Part shown: positions 49,043-59,172 of the stretch, in pieces
Layout: each line of letters opens with the position of its first letter
Position numbering within the stretch: the stretch's first letter is position 1
Notes under the pieces: generated by a model
Databases searched by the model: none
Told to the model about the DNA's origin: nothing
Seen by the model: the letters and a program-made list of their open reading frames with translations, nothing else
NCBI GenBank assembly: GCA_034005005.1
Contig: JAVEVO010000010.1
Span: 467 to 64,466, forward strand
Direction: 5' to 3'
Source of the DNA: Myxococcota bacterium
GTDB lineage: Bacteria > Myxococcota_A > JAVEVO01
DNA: 64,000 bases
Made by a program: the position numbers and the translations under genes

Positions 49043-50656
49043 ATGAATCGCTACGGTCTGCTTGCGAGCCTCTCGGGGCTGTTGCTGCTCTTCGCCGCTG
49101 TCGCCGGCTGCGACGATGGCGGTGGTGGTGGGACGGGAGAGGGCGAAGGAGAGGGCGAAGGAGAGGGCGAAGGAGAGGGCGAGGGCGAAGGTTCGGAGGG
49201 CGAGGGCGAAGGTTCGGAGGGCGAGGGCGAAGGTTCGGAGGGCGAGGGCGAAGGTTCGGAGGGCGAGGGCGAAGGGGCCGAGGGCGAGGGCGAGGGTTCG
49301 GAGGGCGAGGGCGAAGGGGCCGAGGGCGAGGGCGAGGGTTCGGAGGGCGAGGGCGAAGGGGCCGAGGGCGAGGGCGAGGGTGAAGGGGAGTGGACGCTGC
49401 TCGGGTCCGCCGAGTGGGAGGGAGACTGGATCGTCCTCACCCCCGACGAGGGCAACCTGGCCGGCGCAGCCTGGCACGCCGTCCCCCTGACCCTCGAGCG
49501 GGATCTGGTCGCCGAGTTCAAGGTGCACCTCGGCACCGACGATGCAGCCGAGGAAGGAGCCGACGGGCTGGTCGTGGTACTCGCCACCGAGGCGGTCGAG
49601 GCCGCGATCGGCGAGGGACTGGGCTACCAGGGGATCCTTCCCTCGGTCGCGGTGGAGCTGGACACCTTCCCCAACGACGGCGAGCACCTCGGCGACGATC
49701 AGGGGGATCCCCTCCTCGATCACCTCGCCGTCGACGTCGACGGCAGCGTCAACCACACCGACGGCGGACTGCCCCTGGTCGAGGTCGGCGAGGTCGAGGA
49801 CGGGCAGGAGCACACCCTGAAGATCGAGTGGCTGGCCGCAGCCCAGACCCTGAAGGTCTGGCTCGACGGGGGCGCGGAGCCCGACCTCACCTGGACCGAG
49901 GACATCGCGGGCACCTACCTCGCGGGGGCCTCCGTGATCCGGCTCGGCCTGACCGCTTCCACGGGTGCGTTCAGCAACCGTCATGCGTTCTTGCCCGTCC
50001 GCATCTCCCAGGGCTCGAGCGGTGAATGGGTGCTGGTCGGCTCGGCGGTCGAAGAGGGGGCGCGGCTCGTCCTGACCCCGGACCAGGGAAATCAGGCCGG
50101 TGCGGCCTGGCGCAAATCGCCGCTCGATCTCGCGGTCGACTTCTCGCTCCAGGCCCAGGTCTACCTCGGCAGCAAGGACGACGACGGCGCGGACGGGATC
50201 GTCTTCGCCCTGGCCACGGAGGAGGCGACGGCCGAGGTCGGCGAGGGCCTCGGCTTCCAGGGCATCACCCCCTCCTTCGGCATCGAGATCGACACCTACC
50301 CCAACGATGGCGACCACCTGGGCAGCGACATGGCCGACCCCCTGGCCGATCACCTCGCGTGGGTGGTGGACGGCAGCGTGGACCACCACGCGCAGCCCGA
50401 GGGCACCCTCGTCGAGGTGGCCAACCTCGAGGACGGCGGGGAGCACCTGCTGGAGATCGATTGGCTCGCGGCGACCCACACGCTCGTGGTGAACCTCGAC
50501 GCCTCGGCCCAGCCGCTCCTGGTGATCGTGGAGGATATCGCGACGACGCGCTTCGGCGGGGTCGGCAAGGTGCGCTGGGGCTTCACTGGCTCGACCGGCG
50601 ACGCGAGCAACCTGCAGTACGTCGTGCCGCTGGAGATCCCGGCCGCGGCGCAGTGA
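49043..50656 (+). CDS. Lipoprotein: (GEGEG[SA]E)n linker followed by two L-type (legume-like) lectin domains
   Basis: GGAGGGAAGAGG RBS. Lipobox VAGC. ADGLVVVLAT, VAVELDTFPND, DHLAVDVDGSV, LTASTG...H blocks repeated twice. Confidence 0.85.
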   Translation: MNRYGLLASLSGLLLLFAAVAGCDDGGGGGTGEGEGEGEGEGEGEGEGEGSEGEGEGSEGEGEGSEGEGEGSEGEGEGAEGEGEGSEGEGEGAEGEGEGSEGEGEGAEGEGEGEGEWTLLGSAEWEGDWIVLTPDEGNLAGAAWHAVPLTLERDLVAEFKVHLGTDDAAEEGADGLVVVLATEAVEAAIGEGLGYQGILPSVAVELDTFPNDGEHLGDDQGDPLLDHLAVDVDGSVNHTDGGLPLVEVGEVEDGQEHTLKIEWLAAAQTLKVWLDGGAEPDLTWTEDIAGTYLAGASVIRLGLTASTGAFSNRHAFLPVRISQGSSGEWVLVGSAVEEGARLVLTPDQGNQAGAAWRKSPLDLAVDFSLQAQVYLGSKDDDGADGIVFALATEEATAEVGEGLGFQGITPSFGIEIDTYPNDGDHLGSDMADPLADHLAWVVDGSVDHHAQPEGTLVEVANLEDGGEHLLEIDWLAATHTLVVNLDASAQPLLVIVEDIATTRFGGVGKVRWGFTGSTGDASNLQYVVPLEIPAAAQ

Positions 50657-50698
50657 GGTCGCGGCCCTCCCGGTTCAGCGCGTCGGCGACTCGCCTTC

Positions 50699-50902
50699 CT
50701 ACGAGACGCTAGTCTGAAGGTACTTGGATAGCTGGTACTTCTGGGCTACTGAGCGCCGCTCCTCGGGCGGCAGGGATGCGAGGTAGGCGCGGAACCCCGG
50801 GCACCAGCCCGCGTGCCAGCGCCAGAGCCGGCCGAGCAGGGAGCGGGGGTTGCGGTCGAAGCGCGCCCGCATCGGGCAGGTCGCACACTGGGGTTCGGGC
50901 AT
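50699..50902 (-). CDS. Small Cys-containing protein (67 aa), hypothetical
   Basis: High GC3. CxxC plus WC. ...SLPPEERRSV. Confidence 0.45.
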   Translation of the reverse strand: MPEPQCATCPMRARFDRNPRSLLGRLWRWHAGWCPGFRAYLASLPPEERRSVAQKYQLSKYLQTSVS

Positions 50903-51113
50903 GGTCTGCTCCTTGAAGCGGCCCGGGGTCCGGCTGCTCCCGCGAGGTCACGTCGGGTTGTAGCGAACGCCGTCCCTCCTTGTCCAGCCCGGGGAGGGGG
51001 GGCGCGCTCGTCTCGACCTGCGTGCCGGGCGATTGCTGTGCTGCAGATCGACCAGGAAGAGCACCGAGGTCGCCAGGCGCAGTGGCCGGCTCGACCTCGC
51101 GGAGGGGCGCCTC

Positions 51114-53378
51114 ATGGACGTACGGGAACCCTGTGACCGCTCCTCGCGTGCGCTGATCTGCGCGGGCTGTGGCGAGACGCTGGTGGGGCCGGTCACCGCG
51201 ACGCGACTCGACTGCCACCGCTGTGGCCGTCACCATGAGCTACCCCCGCGGGACGAACGGGCCGAGCTGGCCGCGGCCCGGGCTGCACGGGCGGGCCTGC
51301 GGGAGGAGGACCGGCTGGCCGGGCTGCTGGCGCAAGACGGTCAGGACCTGCCCACGCCGCCAGGGCTCGAGGACCTCGCCGGCACCGGCGTCCGGGCCGA
51401 CAACCACGCGGACGCCTTCGCGCGGTGGCAGCAGGCCCGGCTCCTGGTGGCCGAGGAGGGAGATCCGGCGGCCGCGGCCCGGCTCGCCTGGCTGTCCCGC
51501 ATCCTGCGCAGCTACTACTCCTACATCGACCATGACGAGCTGCGGGGCCGGGCCATCGTCGAGACCAGCCTGGATCTGTTGCCGGATCCGGTCGTCCGGC
51601 AGGTGCTGCGCTGTGCCCTCGCGCGGAGCGCGGCCAGCCGCGGGGACCTGGCTTGCGCGGAGGGCTGGCTGGCCGCGTGCGACCCGGATTCCCCCAGCCT
51701 GGACGCGGACACCCAGTATCGCCTGGCGCGGGCCTACCTGGCCACCCGGCAAGAGCGCTACCGCGAGGTCCTGCACCTGCTCGGGCGGCGGCTCGAGGAC
51801 GTCCCCCTCGCGGACACGGGCGATTTCCTGGCTGCGGTGCTGCGTGCCAACGCGCTGGAGCGCACGGGCCGGCTCGCCGAGGCCGCAGCCGGGCTCGCGC
51901 GGGTCATGGCCGGTGGCGGCGAGTCCAGCATCGCCCGGTGCGTCGCGTTCAATCCCGAGATCGATCCCTGTCCGCAGAGCCTCCCGCTGGCCCGGACGCT
52001 GCTGGCGAAGCGGCGGCGGCAGGATCGCTGGCAGTGGCTGGGCCGGGCCCTGGCACGACGCGGCGGTCACGTCTGGCTGATCGTGGGCTCGATCGAGGTC
52101 GCGCTGGGGCTGGTGGCGCTGGCCCTGGCCGCGCTGGCCCTGACCGTGGGAGGCCTCGAGTTCCTGTCTGCCGCCCCGCGCGGCGTGTTGGCCCTGGCCG
52201 GGCTGGTCCTGCTCCTCACGGGGCTCCCGTTGGGCGGCCTGGGCTTGCTCGCGCGCCATGGTGCGAAGCTGGAGCGCCGGCTGCGGCGGGAGGGCCGCCC
52301 GGCCAGCGCCCGGGTGATCAAGGCCTTCGCGACGGGGCGGCGAGCCGGCGGCCGTCCCGAGCTGGCCTTCGTGCTCTCGGTCCAGGCCGCGGGCGAGGCT
52401 GCCTACCGCACCCTGCACCGGGACGTCGTGCCCGTGGACGGGCTCGGACCGCTGGCCGGCGCCGTGCTGCCAGTCCGCGTCGACCCCACGGACCCGGGCA
52501 CGCTGACCGTGGAGTGGGAGGGGGCCCGGCCCGCGCCCGCTGGCCGCCGCGCGGACGCCCACGACCCCGAGCCGCCCCCGGACCTCGCCGCGGTGCTCGG
52601 CCAGCGCAAGGCCTTCGGCGCCTCGTTCGGTAGCGTATTGGCGGTGCTCGGGCCGCTGCTCGGCATCTTCGCCTTCGGGAACATGAGCACGTGCATGGGC
52701 TTCGAGGACGAGGCCCTCCGGCGGCTGCGGGCTTGCCCCGGGGCGGTCGAGCTGCTCGGCGCCCCCGTGGCGCGGGCTCGCCTCGGCCTGTCCTGCGGCT
52801 CGGCCGAGACTGGCGGTGGCCGGGGCAACGCGAGCTGGATGCTGCCCGTGCAGGGCAGCAAGCAGCGTGGCAGCTACAAGGTGGTCATGGAGGATCGCGG
52901 GAGCGGCTGGACCCTGCTCGAAGGGTATCTGAGCGTCGGAGAGGTCGAGCTCGACGTGGTCCAGTGCACGCTGGCCGCGAGCGGGCAGGGTGTGGCTACG
53001 CTCCGCAAGCTGTCCGGCGAGGTCGTCAGCGCGCTGGGATCCGCCCCTGTTCCCCCGGGCACCCCGTGCACGGTCGAGCTCGGCCCGGGGGGCGGCCCCT
53101 TCGGCTGTCGCGTGCAGGTCCGCTGTGGTGGCCAGCTCCTCTACGGTGGGGAGCACCTCGGGTTCGTGAAGTGTCGCCTGCAGCCCCGCCCGGACGGCCC
53201 TCCCGCGATCGTCGCCCAGGACCCCGAGGGGACGGCCACCAGCGGCGACCCCATCCTGGACTTCCAGGAGGCCCGTGGCGAGGTCCTGATCTCGGACCAG
53301 GGCGCGGCTGGCCTCTGGGCGCTCACCATCCGCCTGCCCCTGCCGCCGTCCGTGCCGGCCGAGGAGGCGGCGCCTTGA
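51114..53378 (+). CDS. Hypothetical protein: N-terminal double zinc ribbon (CAGC...CHRC), helical-repeat region, two TM helices, C-terminal domain
   Basis: GGAGGGG RBS. 754 aa. Confidence 0.7.
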   Translation: MDVREPCDRSSRALICAGCGETLVGPVTATRLDCHRCGRHHELPPRDERAELAAARAARAGLREEDRLAGLLAQDGQDLPTPPGLEDLAGTGVRADNHADAFARWQQARLLVAEEGDPAAAARLAWLSRILRSYYSYIDHDELRGRAIVETSLDLLPDPVVRQVLRCALARSAASRGDLACAEGWLAACDPDSPSLDADTQYRLARAYLATRQERYREVLHLLGRRLEDVPLADTGDFLAAVLRANALERTGRLAEAAAGLARVMAGGGESSIARCVAFNPEIDPCPQSLPLARTLLAKRRRQDRWQWLGRALARRGGHVWLIVGSIEVALGLVALALAALALTVGGLEFLSAAPRGVLALAGLVLLLTGLPLGGLGLLARHGAKLERRLRREGRPASARVIKAFATGRRAGGRPELAFVLSVQAAGEAAYRTLHRDVVPVDGLGPLAGAVLPVRVDPTDPGTLTVEWEGARPAPAGRRADAHDPEPPPDLAAVLGQRKAFGASFGSVLAVLGPLLGIFAFGNMSTCMGFEDEALRRLRACPGAVELLGAPVARARLGLSCGSAETGGGRGNASWMLPVQGSKQRGSYKVVMEDRGSGWTLLEGYLSVGEVELDVVQCTLAASGQGVATLRKLSGEVVSALGSAPVPPGTPCTVELGPGGGPFGCRVQVRCGGQLLYGGEHLGFVKCRLQPRPDGPPAIVAQDPEGTATSGDPILDFQEARGEVLISDQGAAGLWALTIRLPLPPSVPAEEAAP

Positions 53379-53450
53379 GCGACTCGCCGGCAGCCCCCGG
53401 GCCGAGCCGGTCGGCGAGGGGAGGGAGCCGTCCCGGCAGCGCTGCCGTCG

Positions 53451-54728
53451 CTACAGCCGCAGCTCCGCCGCGCACTCCTCTCCCAGGGTCACGGTCGGGC
53501 GCCGACGGAAATCCGCCGGCATCTCGCGGAAGGTGATCAGCCCCGACACGGGACAGACGAAGCTGCAGATCATGCAGCTCAGACACTTGTCCTCCAGCAG
53601 GCGGGGGCGCCGGGCCTCCTGATCCCACTCCAGGGCCTGACCGCCGGCATCGTGACAGCAGATGTAGCACTGGCCACAGCCGACGCAGCGGTCGAGGTCG
53701 TACTGGGCGATCCCCTGGCGCGCGAGGTCGAAGTCGCTGGTGTCGCAGATGTGGGGCAGGGCCCGGCCCACCAGGTCGGCCGCGCGCGCGACGCCCTTGT
53801 GGGCCAGGTAGTCGCTCAGCCCCTCGATCAGGTCTTCGACCATCCGGTAGCCGTAGCGGACGATGCCGGTGGTCACCTGGACGGTGCTCGCGCCCACCAG
53901 CAGGTACTCGAGCGCGTCGATCCAGGTCTCGATGCCGCCGATGCCCGAGAGGGGCAGGCCGAGGTCCGGGCACTTGGCGAGGTCGGTGATGAAGCGCAGG
54001 CCGACGGGCTTGATCGCGGGGCCCGAGTACCCGCTGATGGCGCCCTTGCCGAAGACGTTGAGCGCCGGCACCCAGTCGTCGAGGCCGATCTCGGCCAGAC
54101 CCCGCACCGTGTTGATCGCCGAGATGGCGTCGGCGCCCCCGCGCTTGGCGTAGAGTGCGGCCTCGGTCATGTCGGTGATGTTGGGGGTCATCTTCGCGAT
54201 CAGCGGCAGGGAGGTGGCCTGGCGCACGGTCGTGGTGAACTTCTCGATGAGCTCGAACGAGCGTCCGACCTTGTAGCCCGCACCTTCGACCGTCATGTGC
54301 GGACAGGAGAAGTTGAGCTCCAGCAGGTCGGCGCCGTTGTCCTCGCAGGCCTTGGCCAGCTTGGCCCACTCGTCGTTGGAGTAGCCCATGATGCTGGCCG
54401 CGACCACCCGGTCGGGCCAGTGCTTCTTGAGGTAGCGGATGTCGAGCAGGTTGTCCCGCAAGGGCCGGTCGGTGGTCTGCTCGACGTTCTGCAGGCCCAT
54501 CAGCCGCTTGGCCCCGTGGTGGTGGCCGTGCATGCGGGGGGAGGGGTGGATCAGGCTCCAGCCCTCCCAGTTGAGGGTCTTGTAGGCGACTCCGCCCCAA
54601 CCGGCATCGAAGGCCCGTCCGATCATCTCGGCGCAGTTGGAGACCGGGGACGAGGAGAGCAGGAAGGGGTTGGGGAACCGGACCCCGCAGAAATCGACTG
54701 AAAGATCGATGGGTTGGCTCATTGTCAC
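53451..54728 (-). CDS. preA: NAD-dependent dihydropyrimidine dehydrogenase subunit PreA (DHOD-like TIM barrel plus 2x[4Fe-4S])
   Basis: GGGGGGAG RBS. C-terminal CxxCxxCxxxCP motifs. Confidence 0.9.
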   Translation of the reverse strand: MTMSQPIDLSVDFCGVRFPNPFLLSSSPVSNCAEMIGRAFDAGWGGVAYKTLNWEGWSLIHPSPRMHGHHHGAKRLMGLQNVEQTTDRPLRDNLLDIRYLKKHWPDRVVAASIMGYSNDEWAKLAKACEDNGADLLELNFSCPHMTVEGAGYKVGRSFELIEKFTTTVRQATSLPLIAKMTPNITDMTEAALYAKRGGADAISAINTVRGLAEIGLDDWVPALNVFGKGAISGYSGPAIKPVGLRFITDLAKCPDLGLPLSGIGGIETWIDALEYLLVGASTVQVTTGIVRYGYRMVEDLIEGLSDYLAHKGVARAADLVGRALPHICDTSDFDLARQGIAQYDLDRCVGCGQCYICCHDAGGQALEWDQEARRPRLLEDKCLSCMICSFVCPVSGLITFREMPADFRRRPTVTLGEECAAELRL

Positions 54729-56062
54729 TCCCCCCGTGGTCCGAGCTGCGCGGCGATGGCCTGCGCAGCCCGCTTGCCATCTCGCACGGCCTGGACCACC
54801 AGCCCGGGACCGCCGACCAGGTCACCCCCAGCCCACAGGTTGGCCACGCTCGTCCGGCCGGTCTCGGGGGCGGCGATCACCAGGCCTCCCCGGGTGCGCT
54901 CCAGCCCGGGGATCGGTCCCGGTGAGTCGGGAGCCGGCTGGTTGCCGATGGCCTCGATGACCGCCGTCGCCGGGAGCAGCCAGCGCGTGTCGGGGAGCTC
55001 CTCGGGGCGGCGGCGGCCCGAGGCGTCCGGCGCGCCGAGGCGGGTGCGCACCAGCTCCACCCCCGTGATCCCTCCGGCCTCGTCCGTGCGGTAGCCCACC
55101 GGCTGGGTGAGCAGCAGGAAGTGGACGCCCGCCTCCTGCGCCGCGATCCGCTCGGCCCGCTCCGCAGGCATCTGCAGGTAGGAGCGGCGGTAGACGAGGT
55201 AGACGTCCTGCGCGCCGAGCCGCAGGGCCGACTCGGCGCAGTCCATGGCCACCGAGCCGCCGCCGACCACGACCACGTTGCGGCCGGCGATCTCGTCGCG
55301 CAGGGCCTCGGCCCCGCCGTCGCGCAGCCGCTCCAGGAACGCGACCGCACCGTGCAGACCCTGCTGGACCCCCGCCCCGAGGCCGAGGGTGGCCGCTTGC
55401 CAGAGACCGGTGGCGAGGTAGATCGCGGCGAATCCCTGGTTCGCGAGATCCTGGATCCCCGCTATATTGCATACTTTGGTACCACAGCGAAAGACGACGC
55501 CGAGGTCGCGGATCGTCTGCAGCTCGCGCTCCAGGAAGGGGCGATCGAAGCGGTAGTCCGGCACGCCGTACCGGATGACGCCGCCGGGCTCGGCCCGGGC
55601 CTCGAAGACCGTGACCGCGAAGCCCTGTCGGGCGAGCATCGCCGCGCAGGTCAGCCCGGCAGGCCCGGCACCGACGATGGCCACCCGCTCCGGCCGGGGC
55701 GGACCCGCGGCGACCAACCGCAGCCCTCGCTGCCAGCCCTGCTCCACCAGGAAGCGCTGGACCGCGCCGATGCGGATCGGTCGGTCGATGCTGGTCGCGG
55801 CGCAGCCGGCCTCGCACAGCCGGGCGGTCGGGCAGAGCACGCCGCACGCCCCGCCGAGGGGGTTGTTCTGCTGGATCGTGCGGATCGCGCCGGTCAGGTT
55901 GCGCAGGCGCAGCTTGCGCAGGAACGCCCCGGGATCGGTCCCTGCCGGGCAGGCGGCCGAGCAGGGTGGATCGTGGCAGAGCAGGCAGCGGTCGGCCTCG
56001 GCCACGGCCAGGCTCTGGTCGATGCCCCGCGGCATGGTCGCGGCCTCGTCTCGTCGGTCCAT
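54725..56062 (-). CDS. preT: Dihydropyrimidine dehydrogenase subunit PreT (GltD-like FAD/NAD oxidoreductase)
   Basis: GGGAGGGG RBS. N-terminal Fe-S Cys cluster. IVGAGPAG dinucleotide motif. ATGA overlap with preA. Confidence 0.9.
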   Translation of the reverse strand: MDRRDEAATMPRGIDQSLAVAEADRCLLCHDPPCSAACPAGTDPGAFLRKLRLRNLTGAIRTIQQNNPLGGACGVLCPTARLCEAGCAATSIDRPIRIGAVQRFLVEQGWQRGLRLVAAGPPRPERVAIVGAGPAGLTCAAMLARQGFAVTVFEARAEPGGVIRYGVPDYRFDRPFLERELQTIRDLGVVFRCGTKVCNIAGIQDLANQGFAAIYLATGLWQAATLGLGAGVQQGLHGAVAFLERLRDGGAEALRDEIAGRNVVVVGGGSVAMDCAESALRLGAQDVYLVYRRSYLQMPAERAERIAAQEAGVHFLLLTQPVGYRTDEAGGITGVELVRTRLGAPDASGRRRPEELPDTRWLLPATAVIEAIGNQPAPDSPGPIPGLERTRGGLVIAAPETGRTSVANLWAGGDLVGGPGLVVQAVRDGKRAAQAIAAQLGPRGE

Positions 56063-56398
56063 CGGCCCCTCCCACCGACCCGAGCAGCGACGGGTTGCCC
56101 GCGCCGTCCGGGGAAGATCGTCATCACGTTCGAGACAGCAGCATAGCCCGGAGCGGCTCCCGAGGTCCAGGGGGGGCTGACGGGACGTGGGCTGCCGCGC
56201 GGCGTCGCCCGTGGCGCGGTCGGGTTGGCCCGTTGGCCGTTCGGTGCGTCGGAGAGAGGCCCCGGGCGGGGGTGCGCACTCCGCGGCTGGAACCGTCGTC
56301 GTCGGCAGCCTACAATCGGACCAGGGTGCGCCTTCGGGCCCGGACCAACGGTGGTCCAGGCCGGGGAGGAGGGGGCGCCTGGTTTCGGAGAGGACGGA

Positions 56399-57610
56399 AT
56401 GCCACACGATCTCGCCCCGGGCGCTCGCGGCGACACCACCCAGGGGCAGCGGAGCGGGGGGCTGCAGAACTCCACCAACCTGGCCCGGCTGCGCGCCAAG
56501 CTCGCGGGGCTCCCCTACGAAGAGCAGCAGAACCAGCTCCAGGGCGACGGTGAGCTCCAGTCGGGGGCCCCGGACGGCGAGAGCTCCGGGCAGGGAGCGC
56601 CCCTGGCCCCGCCCGACGTGACGGAACCGGGCGACGGGCTGGCGCGCGTCCACGGCCGCACCCTCGGGCCCTTCGCCGGGGATTTCAACGGGCGGAGTCG
56701 GGCCTCGGTCATCGAGGAGCGGCTGTTGACGGTCGACGCGGGGGCGCTGGCCCGCGCGGAGCTCGTGATCCAGGGCAGCACCTACCGGATCCAGGTCGGC
56801 GAGGTGCAGTTCCAGATCACCCACGCCGATCTCGGGCTCAACGCCACCGCCTTCCCCGAGACGGCGAACCGCTACCGGGCCGTGGCCTCGCACTTCCTGA
56901 CCCAGCTCGGCGCCCCCGTGCCCGAGATCTCCCTCGCGGACGAGCGGGGCGAGGCCGCGGCCAAGTCGGCCCAGCTCGAGTTCGAGCGCGGCGTGGCGCA
57001 GCACGGCGAGGGCAATAGCTGGGAGACCGCCGGCTCGAACAAGGGCCCGCTGGTCAACGAGTACAAGCAAGCCAACAACGCCGGGGGCAACAACACGAGC
57101 TGGGAGTGGTGCGGGATGTTCGTCGGCTACAACTACATGAAGGCCGGCATCCGCACGGAGATCCTCCAGAACCTGGTCTTCTGGTCCGCGCCGCGGCTGG
57201 AGCGCTTCTTCGAGTCGGGGGGCTACGTCGCGACCTCCCAGGCCCAGGCCGGCGACTGGTGGCAGTCCCACCAGACCCTCGACGTCGGCGGACTCACCGG
57301 GGAGACCCGCAAGGCCCAGCTCGACGCGTTCCAGCCACGCGCCGGCGACGTCGCGCTCTTCGGCACCGACCGGGAGCACGTCGGCATCGTCGTCTCCTAC
57401 GACTCGGCCACGGGCAACCTCGAGCTCATGGAAGGCAACCTCGGCAACCGGGTCCAGGCCACCGCCTACGGCACGGGCAGCGACGAGGTCTCGTTCCTCG
57501 GCCGCTTCAACGACTCCGACTACCAGCCGAACGGCGAGGTCGACGCGGACCTCACCAGCGCGGCCCAGCCCAACGTCACCCATGGAGCGGGAGGCGGCAG
57601 CACGCACTGA
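56399..57610 (+). CDS. CHAP-domain (Cys/His amidohydrolase-peptidase) protein with a disordered N-terminal leader; putative cell-wall-targeting effector
   Basis: GGAGAGG RBS. CHAP Cys in SWEWCGMFVGYNY and His in REHVGIVVSYD. Confidence 0.8.
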   Translation: MPHDLAPGARGDTTQGQRSGGLQNSTNLARLRAKLAGLPYEEQQNQLQGDGELQSGAPDGESSGQGAPLAPPDVTEPGDGLARVHGRTLGPFAGDFNGRSRASVIEERLLTVDAGALARAELVIQGSTYRIQVGEVQFQITHADLGLNATAFPETANRYRAVASHFLTQLGAPVPEISLADERGEAAAKSAQLEFERGVAQHGEGNSWETAGSNKGPLVNEYKQANNAGGNNTSWEWCGMFVGYNYMKAGIRTEILQNLVFWSAPRLERFFESGGYVATSQAQAGDWWQSHQTLDVGGLTGETRKAQLDAFQPRAGDVALFGTDREHVGIVVSYDSATGNLELMEGNLGNRVQATAYGTGSDEVSFLGRFNDSDYQPNGEVDADLTSAAQPNVTHGAGGGSTH

Positions 57611-57646
57611 GCGCGGGCCGCCGATCAGAACCCCCGTGACGGGGAG

Positions 57647-58078
57647 CTAGGGCTGGCGAGGGGAGTGGAAGGGCACCAGCAGGATCAGGGCGATGGCCGG
57701 GACCGCGGCCACCAGGACGTAGCGTGCGTCCTGGCTGATGAACGTGTAGACCAGCCCGAACAGCGCTCCCGACTCGATCAAGGCCAGGGCCAGGATGAAC
57801 TGGGTCAGGCGGGGGTTCGTGCCGGGGCGGGGTGAGCCCTCGGACGGAGCGCCCAGGAAGCCGGGGAGCTTCTGCAGCCCGCCGAGCAGGTAGCCGCCGG
57901 CCATGTCGATCGCGGCCATCCCGAGCAAGACGGCCAGCAGCAGGGTCTGCTGTTGGTCTTCGGGGACCCAGGGGCGGGCCCAGTCCGGCGCCCCCTGGGT
58001 GGCGAAGCCGATGACGACGTAGACGACCACGGAGGAGGCCAGCGCGACCTGCAGGATGCGCCAGAGCGGCATAGGCAC
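57647..58078 (-). CDS. Small membrane protein (4 TM), hypothetical
   Basis: GAAGGAG RBS. Confidence 0.7.
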   Translation of the reverse strand: MPMPLWRILQVALASSVVVYVVIGFATQGAPDWARPWVPEDQQQTLLLAVLLGMAAIDMAGGYLLGGLQKLPGFLGAPSEGSPRPGTNPRLTQFILALALIESGALFGLVYTFISQDARYVLVAAVPAIALILLVPFHSPRQP

Positions 58079-58163
58079 TCCTTCGCCGCACGAAAGCGGC
58101 GGCTGGTTGCAGATAGCTGGTGAGTGTAGGGGATCACCGGTGGCGGGGCAATGAGGCGGGCGA

Positions 58164-58853
58164 CTACTTCTCGACTGGCCGGATCAGCCGGTAGGCGCCA
58201 GCGCCGAGGAGCCCACCGATGATGGGCGCCACCCAGAAGAGCCAGAGCTGGCTCAGGGCCCAGGACCCCTGGAAGATGGCCACACCGGTGGAGCGCGCGG
58301 GGTTCACCGAGGTGTTGGTGACGGGGATGCTGATCAGGTGGATCAGGGTCAGGCCCAGGCCAATGGCGATGGGGGCGAAGCCCGCGGGCGCGGCCTTGTC
58401 GGTGGCCCCGAGGATGATCAGCAGGAACATCGCGGTCATGACGATCTCGGTCACCAGGGCCGCGACGAGGGAGTAGCCGCCCGGGGAGTGCTCCCCGAAG
58501 CCGTTGGAGGCGAACCCGGCCGCCGCGTCGAAGCCAGCCTTCCCCGAGGCGATCAGGTACAGCACCGCCCCTGCGAGGATCGCCCCGAGCACCTGCGCGA
58601 CGATGTAAGGCCCGAGCTCCTTGGCCGCGAAGCGGCCCCCGGCCCAGAGCCCGACCGAGACCGCGGGGTTCAGGTGGCAGCCCGAGATGTGGCCGATGGC
58701 GTAGGCCATGGTCAGCACGGTCAAGCCGAAGGCCAGGGCGACCCCGACGAAGCCGATGCCGAGCTCCGGGAATCCGGCCGCGAGCACTGCGCTGCCACAG
58801 CCGCCGAGGACTAGCCAGAAGGTACCGAACAGCTCTGCGATGTATTTCTTCAT
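58164..58853 (-). CDS. aqpZ: Aquaporin Z
   Basis: GGAGGAG RBS. Two NPA boxes (HLNPAVS, NPARS). Confidence 0.9.
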   Translation of the reverse strand: MKKYIAELFGTFWLVLGGCGSAVLAAGFPELGIGFVGVALAFGLTVLTMAYAIGHISGCHLNPAVSVGLWAGGRFAAKELGPYIVAQVLGAILAGAVLYLIASGKAGFDAAAGFASNGFGEHSPGGYSLVAALVTEIVMTAMFLLIILGATDKAAPAGFAPIAIGLGLTLIHLISIPVTNTSVNPARSTGVAIFQGSWALSQLWLFWVAPIIGGLLGAGAYRLIRPVEK

Positions 58854-59172
58854 CTCTACTCCTCCGAGCAGTGGGGAGAGGTCCTCCCCGGTGGTGCGAA
58901 CGCTCCGGCCCGATGCCGGAGCCCCTTGCGGCTGGTCGCGCGTCATCCTCGAGCTGAGCAGTGGGGCCGGGCCCCGTCAGACGTCACCAGATGTCGTCCC
59001 GCGAGCATCGAACTCCGATCCGCGGATGTCAACCGCCGAGCGGGGAACCATGCTCCGAGCCGGTCGCGGACGTGAGCGGCTTTTTGGGGGGCAGGATGGA
59101 GCCGGTGCCGGCCTGGCCTCGGGAGACGCGTCGAGGGTGGCAGCGGACGCGGATCCGTGCGATACTTCGCCC

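Noticed and set aside
44307-50479. 1318-aa (44307..48263) and 1135-aa (47072..50479) minus-strand ORFs
   Set aside because: Composite read-through of separate real genes (44307-45638, 47072-47986) plus spurious extensions. Internal RBS and ATG sites and domain boundaries define the shorter genes. The lectin lipoprotein occupies the opposite strand at 49043-50656.
54822-56075. 417-aa alternative minus frame inside preT
   Set aside because: Overlaps the well-supported PreT frame (Fe-S and FAD/NAD motifs); translation is R/G/P low-complexity.
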